Positions 12,758-25,923 of a DNA stretch of 64,000 nucleotides are shown in pieces. Origin of the DNA: Octopus sinensis. Taxonomy: Eukaryota. The stretch is from positions 71,362,001-71,426,000 of the forward strand of contig NC_043006.1 of assembly GCF_006345805.1 (NCBI RefSeq). Reading direction: 5' to 3'. The first letter of the stretch is position 1. The number at the start of each line of letters is the position of its first letter. The notes under the pieces are model-generated. The model had not been told where the DNA came from, ran no database searches, and saw nothing but the letters and a program-made list of their open reading frames with translations. The position numbers were made by a program, and so were the translations under genes.

Positions 12758-14439
12758 AGCAGTGAAAGTGGTAGTCATAGTCTCTCTCTCTCTCTTACAG
12801 TGGTAATGGCCTCTGTTGCTATTTCTAATTGAACCGACAAAGTCTGCTATAAAAAAAAAAGTAAAACACAGCCAAATCTTTCTCAATTTACACTTTTGTC
12901 CAAGGTCCTCTATGTTTGAATATATGATGAGATAAATCCTCTTTGACGATTGTAGGATTGGTTAATTAGGGCTAGATGGGGCAGGAGGGTTTTCAACTAT
13001 AAGAAAGGACACTTTGGATAATGTCCAAATGAAAAGTGATATGGTCACAGCTGGAATGTCTTGATTACAGTTCTGTTGGATTAGGACTTACTGAGAGTTT
13101 AAAAACAACTTAACTGAATTGTATTAGTACCATTTGTATACTGTGTGTCTGTTCATCTGTCTTCCTCTCTCATTAACAATAACGACAACAACAAGTGTTT
13201 TTATCCAGTGCAACAACTGTGCCTGTTGTATTTATTTGCATGTGAACATTTTTGTTTTGCAGCCAGCTAATTCCTTGTAAATTTTGGAAACTTGGCCCAA
13301 GGTGGAAGTAAATAAAAGAACTTCTACTAACAATGAGTTCTTCTTCCTTCCTACCTTTCACCTCAGACACTAACGAACCAATAGCTCTCTTTTATCACAA
13401 TTCCACATCTTCCCCCCCTTTCTTTTTATTTTTTAAGTCCTATTTTGGTATATTTTTGTTGCTATTTTTTCCCTTTCGTTTTATTTATTTCTTTGGTTTT
13501 AGAGCAAAAAAATAAAAAAAAGACGTGACAACTACCAAAAAGAAATCAATTTTAGAGATTTAATTATTATTATCAATTATTTATTTTCATTTCAAATCCT
13601 GATTTGTTACCTTGCTTCTATTTCCAGACCTATTTGCAGGTGGCCTCATTGGTTTCCACTTGTTACGATGACAACCTTCCTTCTGACACACCTTTCCCAC
13701 GACGACGACAACAACAACACCAACAACTACTATAACTATTCATACTACATCTACTACTACTACTACTACTGCTATTATTATTATTACTACTACTACTGCT
13801 ACTGCTACTTCAACAGACTTGACGATAACTGCTACGACACACCTGAGCCAGCTGTAAATCTTCAGAATCGACATTAAAAACCAAAGCCTGAGTAAGCCGC
13901 TTGTGTGAGAGCATTGCGTGTGTGTGTGTATATGTGTGCCACTGTGCGAGTGTGTATGTTGGTATCAGTGATTTTGTGTGTGTGTGTGTGAACATGGGTA
14001 CATGTGGTTTTATATGCATGTGCATCAAAATGAGATTGTGTGTGTGTGTTGTAAAACTATGTTTTTACAATTAGTATTTTAAAAACTACAAAAGATTTTG
14101 GAAATGTGCGGCCTGAAAAAAAAAAATGCGAAACAGATTTGAAGAGAAATGGTGAAAAAAAACAACAAAAAGACTATAGAAACTGTATGCAGAGAAGTGG
14201 ACAATGTCAAACTGACCATCTCTCACACTGATTGGATTATAACTGGTCAGTGTAATGACAGTGACATCACTTACACAACAGCTGACCACCTGAGTACATG
14301 GAAAACCCTCTTATAACAACAACAACTACTACTACTACTACAATTTACTACTACTGTTACTACTTTTATTACATTAACTACTGAAACATTTAGTGGTCTA
14401 TGATCGGAGTTTTTAATTTACAAACGAGGAAAAGGTAAT

Positions 14440-14667
14440 TTAACCCATTAGCATTGAGATTGCTCTGTCAAATGTTCTGCTTATTTATTCACAATGTTTT
14501 AAATTAATCATGCATTATCTAATGGCTTCGAGATTTTGATGATGTGGTTGTTTATTTTTAGAATGACATTGAAGGGTAGGTACGAGAGGCCAGACCTGGC
14601 CTGTTTGAGCATAAAACAGGTAGAATATTTTGGCTGGAAACGGCTGGTTTAAATGCTAAAGGGTTAA
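14440..14667 (-). mobile_element. piggyBac-like MITE, family 1 (reverse orientation)
   Basis: ttaacccattagcatt...aatgctaaagggttaa with TTAA at both ends. Confidence 0.7.
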
Positions 14668-14699
14668 ATTTTCAAAGTAGATATAAAATTATAAAATTT

Positions 14700-14735
<36 letters not shown>

Positions 14736-14737
<2 letters not shown>

Positions 14738-14897
14738 CGTAGGAGTGGCTGTGTGGTAAGTAGCTTGTTTACCGACCACATGGTTCAGGCTTCAGTCCCA
14801 CTACGTGGCACCTTGGGCAAGTGTCTTTTACTATAGCCTCGGGCCGACCAAAGCCTTGTGAGTGGATTTGGTAGATGGAAACTGAAAGAAGCCCGTC

Positions 14898-14941
<44 letters not shown>

Positions 14942-15135
14942 GCTTGTGTGACTGTGTTTGTCCTCCCAACATCGCTTGACAATCGATGCTGGTGTGTTTA
15001 CGTCCTCGTAACTTAGCAGTTCGGCAAAAGAGACCGATAGAATAAGTACTAGGTTTACAAAGAATAGGGTCGATTTGCTCGACTAAAGGTGGTGCTCCAG
15101 CATGGCCACAGTCAAATGACTGAAACAAGTAAAAG
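14736..15135 (+). mobile_element. tRNA-derived SINE with internal (TA)n (many copies, e.g. about 6005, 16335, 23923, 55483, 60770, 63028 on +; 3540-3690, 16045-16200 on -)
   Basis: gtggctgtgtggtaag...cacatggttc...ggcaccttgggcaagtgtc...ggaaactgaaagaagccc...ccagcatggccacagtcaaatgactgaaacaagtaaaag recurs across the window. Confidence 0.8.
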
Positions 15136-15141
15136 TGTATA

Positions 15142-15182
<41 letters not shown>

Positions 15183-15473
15183 TTACACATTTTTATTTTC
15201 CCTGCATACTTCTCGGTGGGGTGGGGGTGGGTGCCAAATGGCACAAGTGAGAGAAGGAATGTGGAAAGGTCCAAACTAGAACTCCTGACAATCTTAGCAA
15301 CGAACTGAGACGGAAAACTAGTCCCAATTCAACCTACATTTCTTTACAGCTGACATGTTTGTGTGACTTAATAAAAATCCATTACACACCTCGTGGGTGG
15401 TGGGCATGGGAACTCTTTTTCTTTCTCTTCTTCTCATTCAGTCTATTCTCCTTTGCTACTCAATAGAAGTAGC

Positions 15474-15504
<31 letters not shown>

Positions 15505-16789
15505 ACAATACTAACCATAACAATAACAACAATAATAATTGCCTCTGATTTTGGCACAAGGCCAGCAATTTTATGGGGAGAATCTGGTTTATTACATTAC
15601 TCCCAGTACTTGATTGTTACCATATTTCATTGGCCCTAAAAGGATGAGAGGCAAAATTGGCTTGAAAGTTTGAACTCAGAATGTAAAGAGCAGAAACAAA
15701 GCCATTTTGTTTGGCATTGTAACAATCGTAACATCAACAATAATAATAATAATAATAAAATAATAACAATAATAATAAATAATGGCAATCATCATCAAAA
15801 TCATCATTATCATCATCATCATCATTTAATGGTCAATTTTCAATGCTCAAATGGGTCATACAGAATTTCTTGAGGGAGATACTCTATAGCTGGATGCTCT
15901 TCCTGTTGCCAACCCCCACCTGACGAACAACATCCTTTGTATGACAGTAATACTCATTTACAGCCATCATGTGATGTCAAGACAAGGATCCACAAACACA
16001 TACACACACATATATATATATATATATACACACACATAAATAAAGCAGGCTTCTTCTAGTTTCCATCTATCATATCCACCCACAAGGCTTTGGCCAGCTC
16101 AGGGTTATAGTAGAAGACACTTGCTTCAGGTACCATGCAGTGGGATTGAACCCAAGATCACATGGTTAGAAAGCCGGCTCCTTAACAGCACAGCCACGCC
16201 TGTTCAATGGACTTGAGAAATGGTAGACCACTGGACTTCATGTACTTTGGTCTGTGGATTTTGCCTTCCTCTTTCTGATTATAATTCCCTTTATGGTTGA
16301 TGTTTGACTACACATTTACTCCTTCAGAGGACAGATGTGGTTGTGTGGTAAGTAGCTTGCTTCCCAATCACATGGTTCCAGGTTCAGTACTACTGCGTAG
16401 CAACTTGGGCAAGTGACTTCTACTATAGCCTCAGATTAACTAAAGCCTTGCAAGTGAATTTGGTTAGCAGAAACTGAAAGAAGCCTTTCATACACGCACA
16501 CACACACATGTGCCTTTGTACCTGTGTTTGTTCCCCACCACTACTTGACAACTGGCGTTGGTTTGTTTATGTCCTCAAAGAGTTTGATGTGTTTAGCAAA
16601 GAGATCGATAGAATAAGTACCACACTTAAAGAAAATGAAAAACTGGGGTCAATTCATTCAACTAAAAGTGTTTCAAGGCAATGCCCCAGTATGGCCACAG
16701 TAATGACTGAAACAAGTAAAAGGTAAAAGAATATATATGATGAGGAAGGTGATGATGGCAGTTCTTTGTGCCTGAAGACTGAGGAACAG

Positions 16790-17200
16790 CAACAAGCCTT
16801 TAAATGGTTATGTAAACCAATCCTTCAATGACAGGCTCTGGTGCACTTGGGGCAGATATGTAGGCTTTGGTCAGATAGGGGTCATAATGGTGGTGGTCCC
16901 TTCCTTCTCATCTGCCGCAGTTGTTCTAGCCTTTGGAGATGCAGTCTTGCCACACCTCCCTCTGTGCTGTGACTCCTTCCCACTCTGTGGATGTGTATCC
17001 CTGCCTGGTTGAGGTGGTGTTTCAGTTGGTCTTTGAAATGTTTCCTGGGGGCTTCTCTGTCTCTTTTGCCCTGGCTGTGCTCCTGTAGAATATGGCCTTT
17101 GACATTCTGGATTTGTCCAAGCATGAAATGTGACCTACTTATCTGAGGTGTCTGAGCTGCAGGATGTTTGCCTACTGGAGGATGCGTTCCTTCCATAAGA
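16790..17200 (-). mobile_element. RTE-clade LINE 3' ORF remnant
   Basis: QGKRDREAPRKHFKDQLKHHL resembles the RTE post-RT G-x-R-x-x-G-x-P-x-K-R-x-K-D motif; frameshifted. Confidence 0.6.
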
Positions 17201-17203
17201 TGT

Positions 17204-17263
<60 letters not shown>

Positions 17264-17511
17264 GTATGTGTATGTAAAGATTAGCTCCAAGGATCAAGGT
17301 GTAGGAAGTTAGTAAGCTTCAAGCAGTCCATAGAAGGTAATAAAAAAACGACTTTCAGGAACAATAATGGTTTATTGGCGTAGAAGGTTGTAAATTTTTC
17401 CCATATTGAAGTTTGATAAGCTGAAAAAAGTTACTTTATAGCTTACAGTTAGAAGCTGGGGTTGTCATGCATGTCAATAAAAATCCAAAATTGGAGAATG
17501 GAGTAGATAAA

Positions 17512-17606
17512 AATCCAAGCTACATATGTTTCCTAGCTAGCAGAACCTCGGAGGTAGTAATTGCCCAAACAAAGAGTAATCTGCTAGCTACTCATCAGGC
17601 CGAATC
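17512..17606 (-). ncRNA. Minimal type I hammerhead ribozyme motif (Penelope/retrozyme-like)
   Basis: - strand: gattcggc CTGATGA g tagctagcaga ... tctgctagcta g GAAAC ATAT GTA^ gcttggatt; 11-bp stem II, palindromic stem III, GUA triplet, stem I with one bulge; G10.1/G11.1 mismatch. Confidence 0.75.
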
Positions 17607-17794
17607 TGTTGGGACAGTGTCATGTTTGGTTACACCCCTTCAGTTTTTGTTTAGAGCCATTTTGCTTTCCATCCTTCTGAGGTCAATAAAATACGTAATG
17701 TGGAGGTAGGGGAAGCATTGGTGTAATTGACTATACTTTAGAAGGTAGTGCTCCAGCATGGCCACAGTCTTGTCATTAGGATGGAACCAGTGAG

Positions 17795-17828
<34 letters not shown>

Positions 17829-18936
17829 ATATATATATACACGCACACACATATATATATGTATATGATTAAGTAGCAATATCTTCTTCCTGTTATGAAG
17901 GGAATTCCTTGATGATGATGATGGTGGGTGGTGGTGGCAGCAGTAGTTCCACTTCACTGGACATTGGTTAGTTAAGCGAGACTGTCTCAGCAGCAGTGCA
18001 AAGACTTTGACTACATTTCAAACCATTCCGACATGTTTGATTCTCAAATTATTCTTTTTGCGTTCCTTTTTCTTCTACCCCTTCCGCTCTCTCATTTAAT
18101 TAGTTTTACTTTTTTGTGTTTTAATGATTCTAATTCATCATTTTCTGTCTGTGTGTTACAAAGTAGTGAATATGCTCATGTCTGGGGTTATTTTTCAAGT
18201 GAGATAAATTTTGTTTAGTCCTCAATTAAGTGAAGTTTTTTAAATGCTGGAATTTCTAATGTGTGTGTGTGTGTGAGATTAAGTTTCAAATCTTACTATA
18301 ACCAGTCTTTATTTGCTAAACAAGCTTTCACTCCTACTCTGTGGTTGAATTGTTTTCTGAAAAAAATACTAACTAGAACAAAAACTAAAACTACTACTTC
18401 ATATATACATATGTGTGTGTTCACATGTATACACCATATGTGTGCTTTTTGACATTTATATATTAAAGTTAGTGAAAATAGCTATGTTCTTTGATGCTTA
18501 ACATTTCATATAGCAAAAGTGGTCGAGTATGAAGAAAGAGGAAAGGGAGTATTCAGTAAAGAAGGTAGAGTACTGTATTACATCTTAATGGAAGTTGATA
18601 CTTCACAGATCATGACTGAGTTTTGTATTTCCAGTCTTAGAGCAGTTTTGAAGACTGAAACATAAGACTTTGTTTAAAAAAGGTTAAAATAGAGATGTTT
18701 TAATACCTAGACAAACTTTGATTGGATAATATTTTTGGAACAAAAGGATTTTATCAACCCTGTCAGACCTGGGCCTTTGTGTGTCTAACTTTACCCTCTA
18801 TCTGGGCTCCTGAGCACAAAAATAAATAGTTGCATTCACAGATCAAGATTGCAGGCAAACTAATGGATGGGATCCCCCCACCCCATCACCACAAAAAAAA
18901 ATTTAGGGGAATAACAATAATAGGCCTATCTCTCCA

Positions 18937-19090
18937 CTATTGTATTTGTTCACCTGAATCACTACTTTCATCAGTTTGATTGTCCAAATCACTCTCATTG
19001 TCTGCGTTTGTGTAAGGGTAAACTTCTTGCTCATCTGAAGAATAAATATCATCAATAATTTCCTCAACTGTAAAAAAGTCTTGCTCATTT
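18937..19090 (-). mobile_element. Possible piggyBac transposase acidic N-terminal remnant
   Basis: Frame reads TVEEIIDDIYSSDEQEVYPYTNADNESDLDNQTDESSDSGEQIQ*; no catalytic domain follows. Confidence 0.3.
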
Positions 19091-20000
19091 CATTACACAC
19101 TTCATCACAAAAATATACATTTTTTTCAATTAAATACGAAAGTGGTGGGAGATGCCATAAACACACATGACTATGAAGCTGCAATGAGATCAGTTGCCTA
19201 ATTTTAATTTTTAATCTTCTTTTTCTACTTGTGTTGTTCATTACCACTTGGGAAATGGTAGAGATTACGTTTCGGCTATTTCCGCTGCAGGATTGACCAT
19301 AGAACTGTTGTACAGAAAATAAGAAACAATGATAATCAAGCGGTTAGTGAGTTTGGGAGAAGAAAAGTAATTTTTAAAATTGCAAGAATGTAAAATACAA
19401 GACTGGTTTAGGAAGAGGAAATAACATCAAAGATGATTTTAAAGGATACTAAAAGTGTTTGGCATAGCAACTGGAGGGAAGGCCAAAAATATGGTAGCAA
19501 AAAGCCTGTCCAAACAAGATTAAAATAATAAATTATTAGGAAGAATACTGGAAGGAAAATTACAAAGTAGATATTGAGAATTGTGCCTACAGGAAGTTAG
19601 TTCAGGCCTTTCATTTATTGTGAAATAAAATGAAAAGTTTCTTACTTAAACACAACTTACAGGTTTGAACAATAAAAACTAAGGTAGGTGCAAATTGTTT
19701 CACATATATAGTGATTTCTTTATTTCCTTCTCCTTCCAACCAACAAATTCCAACTTGTCCTCCTTCCATTCTTTTTTATTTTTTTGTACAATTAGCTCTT
19801 ATTGCTCTGATGACATTATCCAATCGCAGTTAGTCTTGATGTTCAAGCATTTACAATCTCTCCTGTTTAATATTTAAACCATGTCTTATATTCCAGTCTT
19901 CATTCTCACCCAAAGATCAAAAGCAAGGAACTCAGTAGCTATGGTTTGTGAAGTTTCAGCTTCCAATAATCATATATATATACATATATGTGTGTTTATA

Positions 20001-20035
<35 letters not shown>

Positions 20036-20169
20036 GATGCATATGCAATCAAAAACTTTTTTCAAATGGTTATTGTTCTCAGAATTAGTGGGTCTCAAAC
20101 CATTTGAAATGAACTTACAGCTGGTTATTGTTATTAAAATCTTCATCCAAAAGTGATCCCAATAAGCAG

Positions 20170-20225
<56 letters not shown>

Positions 20226-20614
20226 TACACATATATAAACATGTACAAGTTGATAAGTTAATTCAGGGGGAAAAAACTTATCCTCTTGCATTTAAAGACA
20301 AAAAGTAAAATGTGTTAGTGTGTTCTTGGTCAAACTAGTCAAACACTTCCAGCTGTTTGTTGGCTAAGTTAGCCCTGTAGTTTCACCTCTCCATTGGTCA
20401 AGCTAGCTTTATAGTTCCAGGTGTTTGTTGGTCAAGCTAGCCATGTGGTTCCTATTGTTGTTTGTCAAGCTGGTCATGTAGTTCTTGTTCACATAAGAGT
20501 TTCCATGGAAACAATGTCAGGAATTCCGTGGTCTAGGCTTTTGACCTAGTGGTGTTTTATTGTATATATTATTTACATCTTAAGAATTTAGAAACATTGA
20601 GACATAAATTCGTG

Positions 20615-20837
20615 TTTAACAGTGAAACTCAAAGAAAATAAAGCTATGCAAATACTGGTTTAAAAAAAAAAAACCATTGATAGAAAACGTTGAAGGCTGT
20701 CCATAGGACATGAATTGATGTCTTCTGTAAATGTAACAAATGTTCTACCTATGGGCAGCCTTCAGTTTTTTCTCTTCAAGAATATTTTTAATCCAATATT
20801 TGCATGTTATTTATCTGTTTTCAGTTCCACTGTTAAA
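20615..20837. repeat. Foldback/MITE-like inverted repeat
   Basis: tttaacagtg...atgcaaatact...tgaaggctgtccatagg / cctatgggcagccttca...tatttgcat...cactgttaaa. Confidence 0.75.
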
Positions 20838-21762
20838 AACAAATATATGTAGTATTTCCATCTGTATGTGGTTGCTTGTTAATATTAGGATCTTTTACAG
20901 TATAGCTTAATCATTGAGTTTTTCCCATCAGAAACTAGAGACCTGTTCCAGTTTGCATAACTCAACCATTGTTTTACGGTTAACATGAGGCTGTTTATAT
21001 TCAGGTCTCTCATTCAATAACTTGTCACCATAACAGAAACAAACAAAAAATGTTTTGGTTTTCATATCCAAATTCAGTATTTGCTTTTTTTTTCTCTTTT
21101 TTTTTTCTGTTTTAAAATTCTTTTTTTCTTTTTATTAGATATTTCTAAATAAAAACAGGAGGAAATAAAACAAATTTCCCCTAGATCTTTATCCAAATTG
21201 TTGTCTGTGTTTTTATTGACTTCATAATTAAATTTTTGGTTTGGTTTATTTTTTGCCCAAATATTAAACCATTGTGGCTGTTGGAATGATAAAGACTGTG
21301 GTGTTTGTCAAGGATCTCTTGTCTTTTATTTGTTACTTGTTTCAGTCATTAGGCTGCAGCCAGGTTGGGACACAACCTTGAATTTTTAGTTGGATGTAAA
21401 CACACCAACACTGGTTGTCAAGTGGTGGTGGGGGACAAAGACAAACATACACACACACACATACATATATTCTATATCGTGAAGGGTCTAGTCCATGCTT
21501 GTTTACCAGATGAAATGCTGGGTGCATCACATGTTCATTTCATTACAAAAATGTTTTTGTTTTCAATTAAAAAGTAAACAGCTATGGAAGACACCATTAA
21601 CAATGAATCATAAGCACACTCAACTATAAAACTGCAACATCATTGCTTGCCTTTTTTATATTTTATCTTTTTCTACATGTTGTTCATTACTGCTTTAACA
21701 AGAATCCAGTAGAGATTATGTTTAGGCTATTTCCACTATAGTAGTAACATGGCATGATAGTG

Positions 21763-21990
21763 TTAACCATTTTGTTACCATATTTATTTTGAGATGCTCT
21801 GTTTCTTTCAACTGATTTTAAATATAACAAAAAATTTAATAAAATAAGTTCATTATCATTAAGCTAGTGTTAGGAACATAAATTGTGACTAATGTTTGGT
21901 GGAAGATTTAAATTCAAAACTTATGTAAACATGACTTTTGTACTACAGAGCCAGAGGCGGTTTTGGCCGGGTTGGTATTGTAAGGGTTAA
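21763..21990 (+). mobile_element. piggyBac-like MITE, family 2
   Basis: ttaacc...aagggttaa; very similar to 33860-34088. Confidence 0.7.
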
Positions 21991-22525
21991 TATTCCTAGT
22001 AGCTATGGATTGACAACCCTTCCTGAAACCATTTCTTGTTCCCCACTGCAAAATCTCAAGTTTAAAGTTTTCCTATTTAAATTTAAAACTTCCAATATAA
22101 TTTCACTTAGGAACTTCTTTCTAAAGTTATTATTTCAAACAAGTTTAAGAATCAAAATTATCTATAATACATTAAAAGTCAGTTTGAATCTTGCTTGCAA
22201 TGTTACCCAGCCAAACTGGAGCATAATGGGAAAATACTATGAATATTTCCCATTACCATGAAATGTTAGTACGAACAGAATGAAACAAGTTTCATGTAAA
22301 TTGGAGCAGTAGATATTTGGGGGTATAAATACCCAAAACGGTGCATAATGGGAAAATGTTCTGAATTTAACTTCATCCTGAAAGGGAAGAAACTCTAACC
22401 TTTCAATATCGCATTCATTGAAAGCATGCAAAATAACCTGGAAAAGAAAAAACCCATGAAACAAAACTCCGTTGCTAGGAAACTCAGAGTTTTCCGGTGA
22501 CCTACAGAGAGTCTAGTTTTATATA

Positions 22526-22875
22526 AATAACAGTAATCACCCGGCATTGCTCGGGTTTGTTTCAGCCCTTTAGAATTGGAATTTTTGAAAAGTAAAAATT
22601 TTGCATTATGTAGCTTTAAGTGAACATTTTTCTGGTTGAAATATACCAAAAAATGGCGACACAGCAGTCAAAAAATCGTGAAAAATAGGGATTTTCATAG
22701 AAAAAAAGCACCTTTTTGATGTAAATAATTTTTGGTGTTAACATGGTCCGATTTGAATTTTTTCTTCTACGGAAAGAAGAGCAAGCCTTCTATCATATTT
22801 TGGTCAACTTCGCCACAGGGTCTCAAAGGAGATACCTGCCACACACAAACAACTTCAGCTTTATATATATAGAGA
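22526..22875 (-). mobile_element. Non-autonomous Helitron (termini related to 43999-44303)
   Basis: - strand tctctatatatataaagctgaagttg...aaacccgagcaatgccgggtgattactg; terminal CTAG decayed. Confidence 0.6.
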
Positions 22876-24398
22876 TTGGTGGATGTGTTGAACCAAATTT
22901 GGTCAAGCTCTCTACATTCTGAGTTGAAAACCTGATGAGAGCAACCTGTCCAAATAAAGCACCAATCAAATACTCTGTTTTATGGGAAACAATTACAGAG
23001 TGGAATAATCATTTTCTCTCATCCAATTTTCTGGGCTTGTACCTATTTAAGAAATAAAATTTAATCCTTCCAAACAATTTTTTAAGTTAAATTGAAACAC
23101 AGGAAATGTGTGTTTTTCTCTCACTCTCTTGGTTTTACCTGTAAGTTGCAGATAGTACATAGGCTGTTCTTTTTCTCATTGTTGGGTGGCATTTCCATTG
23201 TACATGGCTGTTTATTTTCCCATGTCCTGCACTTGAACCGTGAAAACAGTTCACAGCTAACAAAGTCACTTGCCAGGCTCTTTTCTTCCTTCTGGAATGT
23301 ATTGACTTTGATGACTTTCTTTAATTCCAAACATCATTAATGTGATTAATTTCTTTATCTTCAAATTTTTTCAATCATTAAGACTATAGCCAGACTGGGG
23401 CACTGCCTTAAAGAATCTTTTGTTTTCGCAAATGAATCAGCCCTCAGCACTTTTATAAAACCTGGTACTTACTCTATCAGTCTCTTTTGCTGAACTGCTA
23501 AGTTACATGGACATAAACACCTGTCATTCTCACTTGTCACTGCTGGAATGGATTTTCATCTCTGATATTTATTGTCTTTAAAACAGCACATGCATAAGAA
23601 GTATTACCTGATGACAAATAATACAGTAACTGGCCTGTTAATGTATATATATTGAATATGAGACATGGGTGGCTATATTAATTTGATACTGTTTCAGTTA
23701 TGTATACGGGATATAAATGTGTTTGTGTATGTATGTGTATATATATATTTTCACTCTGCTGAGTGGTTGGTGTTAGGAAGAGTATCCAGCCGTAAAATCC
23801 TGCCAAAACAGTTACAGAAGTTTGGTGCAGGCTTCTGCCTGGTCAGCTCTTGTCAAACTGTTCCACCCATGTCAGCATGGAAAGCGGATATTAAATGATG
23901 ATGATGATATATATATATACATAGGCATGGCTGTGTGATAAGAAGATTGCTTCCCAACTACACGGTTCTGGGTTCAGTCTCACTGCATGGCACCTTGGGC
24001 AAGTGTCTTCTACTATGGCCGACCAAAGCCATGTGAGTGGATTTGGTAGACGGAAACTGAAAGAAGCCCATCATATATATGTTTGCCCCACCAACACTGT
24101 TTGACAACCCCAGTAATTTAGCAGTTTGGCAAAAGAGACCAATAGAATAAGACTAAAACCCTTCAAGGTGGTGCCCCAGCATGGCCACAGTCAAGTAAAA
24201 GATAAAAGGTTCTATTTTTCCCTTTTTGTATCATCAAACCTGTGGTATATAAATACGTATACAAATTCCAAACTGTTCAAATCTGTATGTGTTTGTATGC
24301 CTTGTACTTCATGATACAAGCCCGCTGGTTTTTTTCTTTTTCTTTTTCAGATAATATTTAAATAAATTAAAATGCTTGTTCTATTTGATTTCCATATA

Positions 24399-25535
24399 GG
24401 ACAAATTTTTGGAACACGAATGGCTGGAGCTTCATTCACTGAAACTGCTGGAATTGTTTAATGTTTTGAGAGGTTACAGTCTCTAAAATAACATTGGCAT
24501 TCCACACCCAAGGAACAAAAATTGCCTCTGGCCAGTGCAATTCTGGATGGAACCCAAAGCTTGCAGAGAGGGACCACAGAATAGCGAAATATATTGTCTT
24601 AAAACTATCAAACTACAGCAGTAAATGTGACAGGAGAACTAAATTACCATCTTGTCAACTCTGTGTCAAGAAAACCCATTTGTTTTGAGCTCCATAAAGC
24701 TGGGTACTATTGGAGGCCTGAAATTGCTAAACCTCACCTGTTCTGCATCATGTTGATGTTTGGTAGGTGGATAAAATGGTGTCTAAACTATCAGAAGTAG
24801 TCAACAGAACAATGTCAATTTCTCTGACGAATTGTCATTCACTCTTTTTCCCCAACTTCAAAGTAAGTTTATCTCTAGATACAGACCAAGAAAGCCTTTA
24901 ACCCTAACTGGCTCCTTCTGTGAAATATGGAAGTGGCTCTGTTATATTTTGGACAGCTTTATCATGGAATTCTCTTGAGCTTTTGGTCATTCAACTCGGC
25001 AGAGTTAACTCCAAAGACTGTGTATTTTGGCAGATTATGTCCATCGTATGGTACAAACATTGTTCCTTGATAGCAATAAAATCTTCCAGGACAATAAATG
25101 TGCCAATTCACATAGATAATGTTATTCAAAATTGTTATAAAGAGCACAATAGTGAAGTAGACCACTTGGATTGGACCCCACAATCACCAGATCTCAATAT
25201 GGGTCTTTTGGAGCAGCAAGTGAGGAGCTGCTTCCCTTTGCCATTCTCACAGTTACAGCTGAAGCAGGTTTTAATTGAAGAATGTCTCAAAATTCCCCTG
25301 ACAACTATCCAGAACCTGATTGAATCAATTCTTCAACATTAAAATTGTGATTGATACCAAAGGTGGACTAACCCTATATTAAATGAGGATTTCAAATTTT
25401 GGCTCAAGGTCAGCAGTTTTGACCCCAGTACTTGATTGGTACTTTATCGATCCTGAGAAGATGAAAGGCAAAGTTGATCTCAGTAATAAATAATAAAACT
25501 TACATTTAACAAGCTGTTTCCATTATTTTGTCCCT
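24399..25535 (+). mobile_element. Tc1-like transposon remnant
   Basis: KYGSGSVIFW and DWTPQSPDLN motifs; imperfect TIRs ggacaaattttt-ggaacac / gtttccattattttgtcc; frameshifted. Confidence 0.75.
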
Positions 25536-25917
25536 AAATGCATGTGTGTATATATACATGCATTCATAAACACACACACACGTGTGTAAATGAGTGTAGC
25601 TACTTCCATCAACTTAATAGTTCATTATTATATACATACATATTTTTGTGTGGGTGATTGGATAGACAGATAGATAAATACAGGCACACCTGCATTAACA
25701 ACACTATGTCTATGCATGGACTCAGCTCTGAGTGTGTGTGAGAGAGAGAGAAATAAAGACGAAGAGACACAGATACCCTGAAAAAGTCAAATGGTCAGTC
25801 ATACACACCTACTAACAAGTTACATAAAAAAGTCACCAAGATAATCAGCTTTGTTTAGATAGAGAGCTGACCTTTGACACAGTAGGGGACAATGTGATTG
25901 TAGTGTTTTTTAAAATT

Positions 25918-25923
25918 TTTATT
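25918..25923 (-). promoter_or_regulatory. Candidate polyadenylation signal of the LRRFIP gene (3' UTR about 2.6 kb)
   Basis: AATAAA on - at the end of a U-rich stretch downstream of the stop at 28519. Confidence 0.35.
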
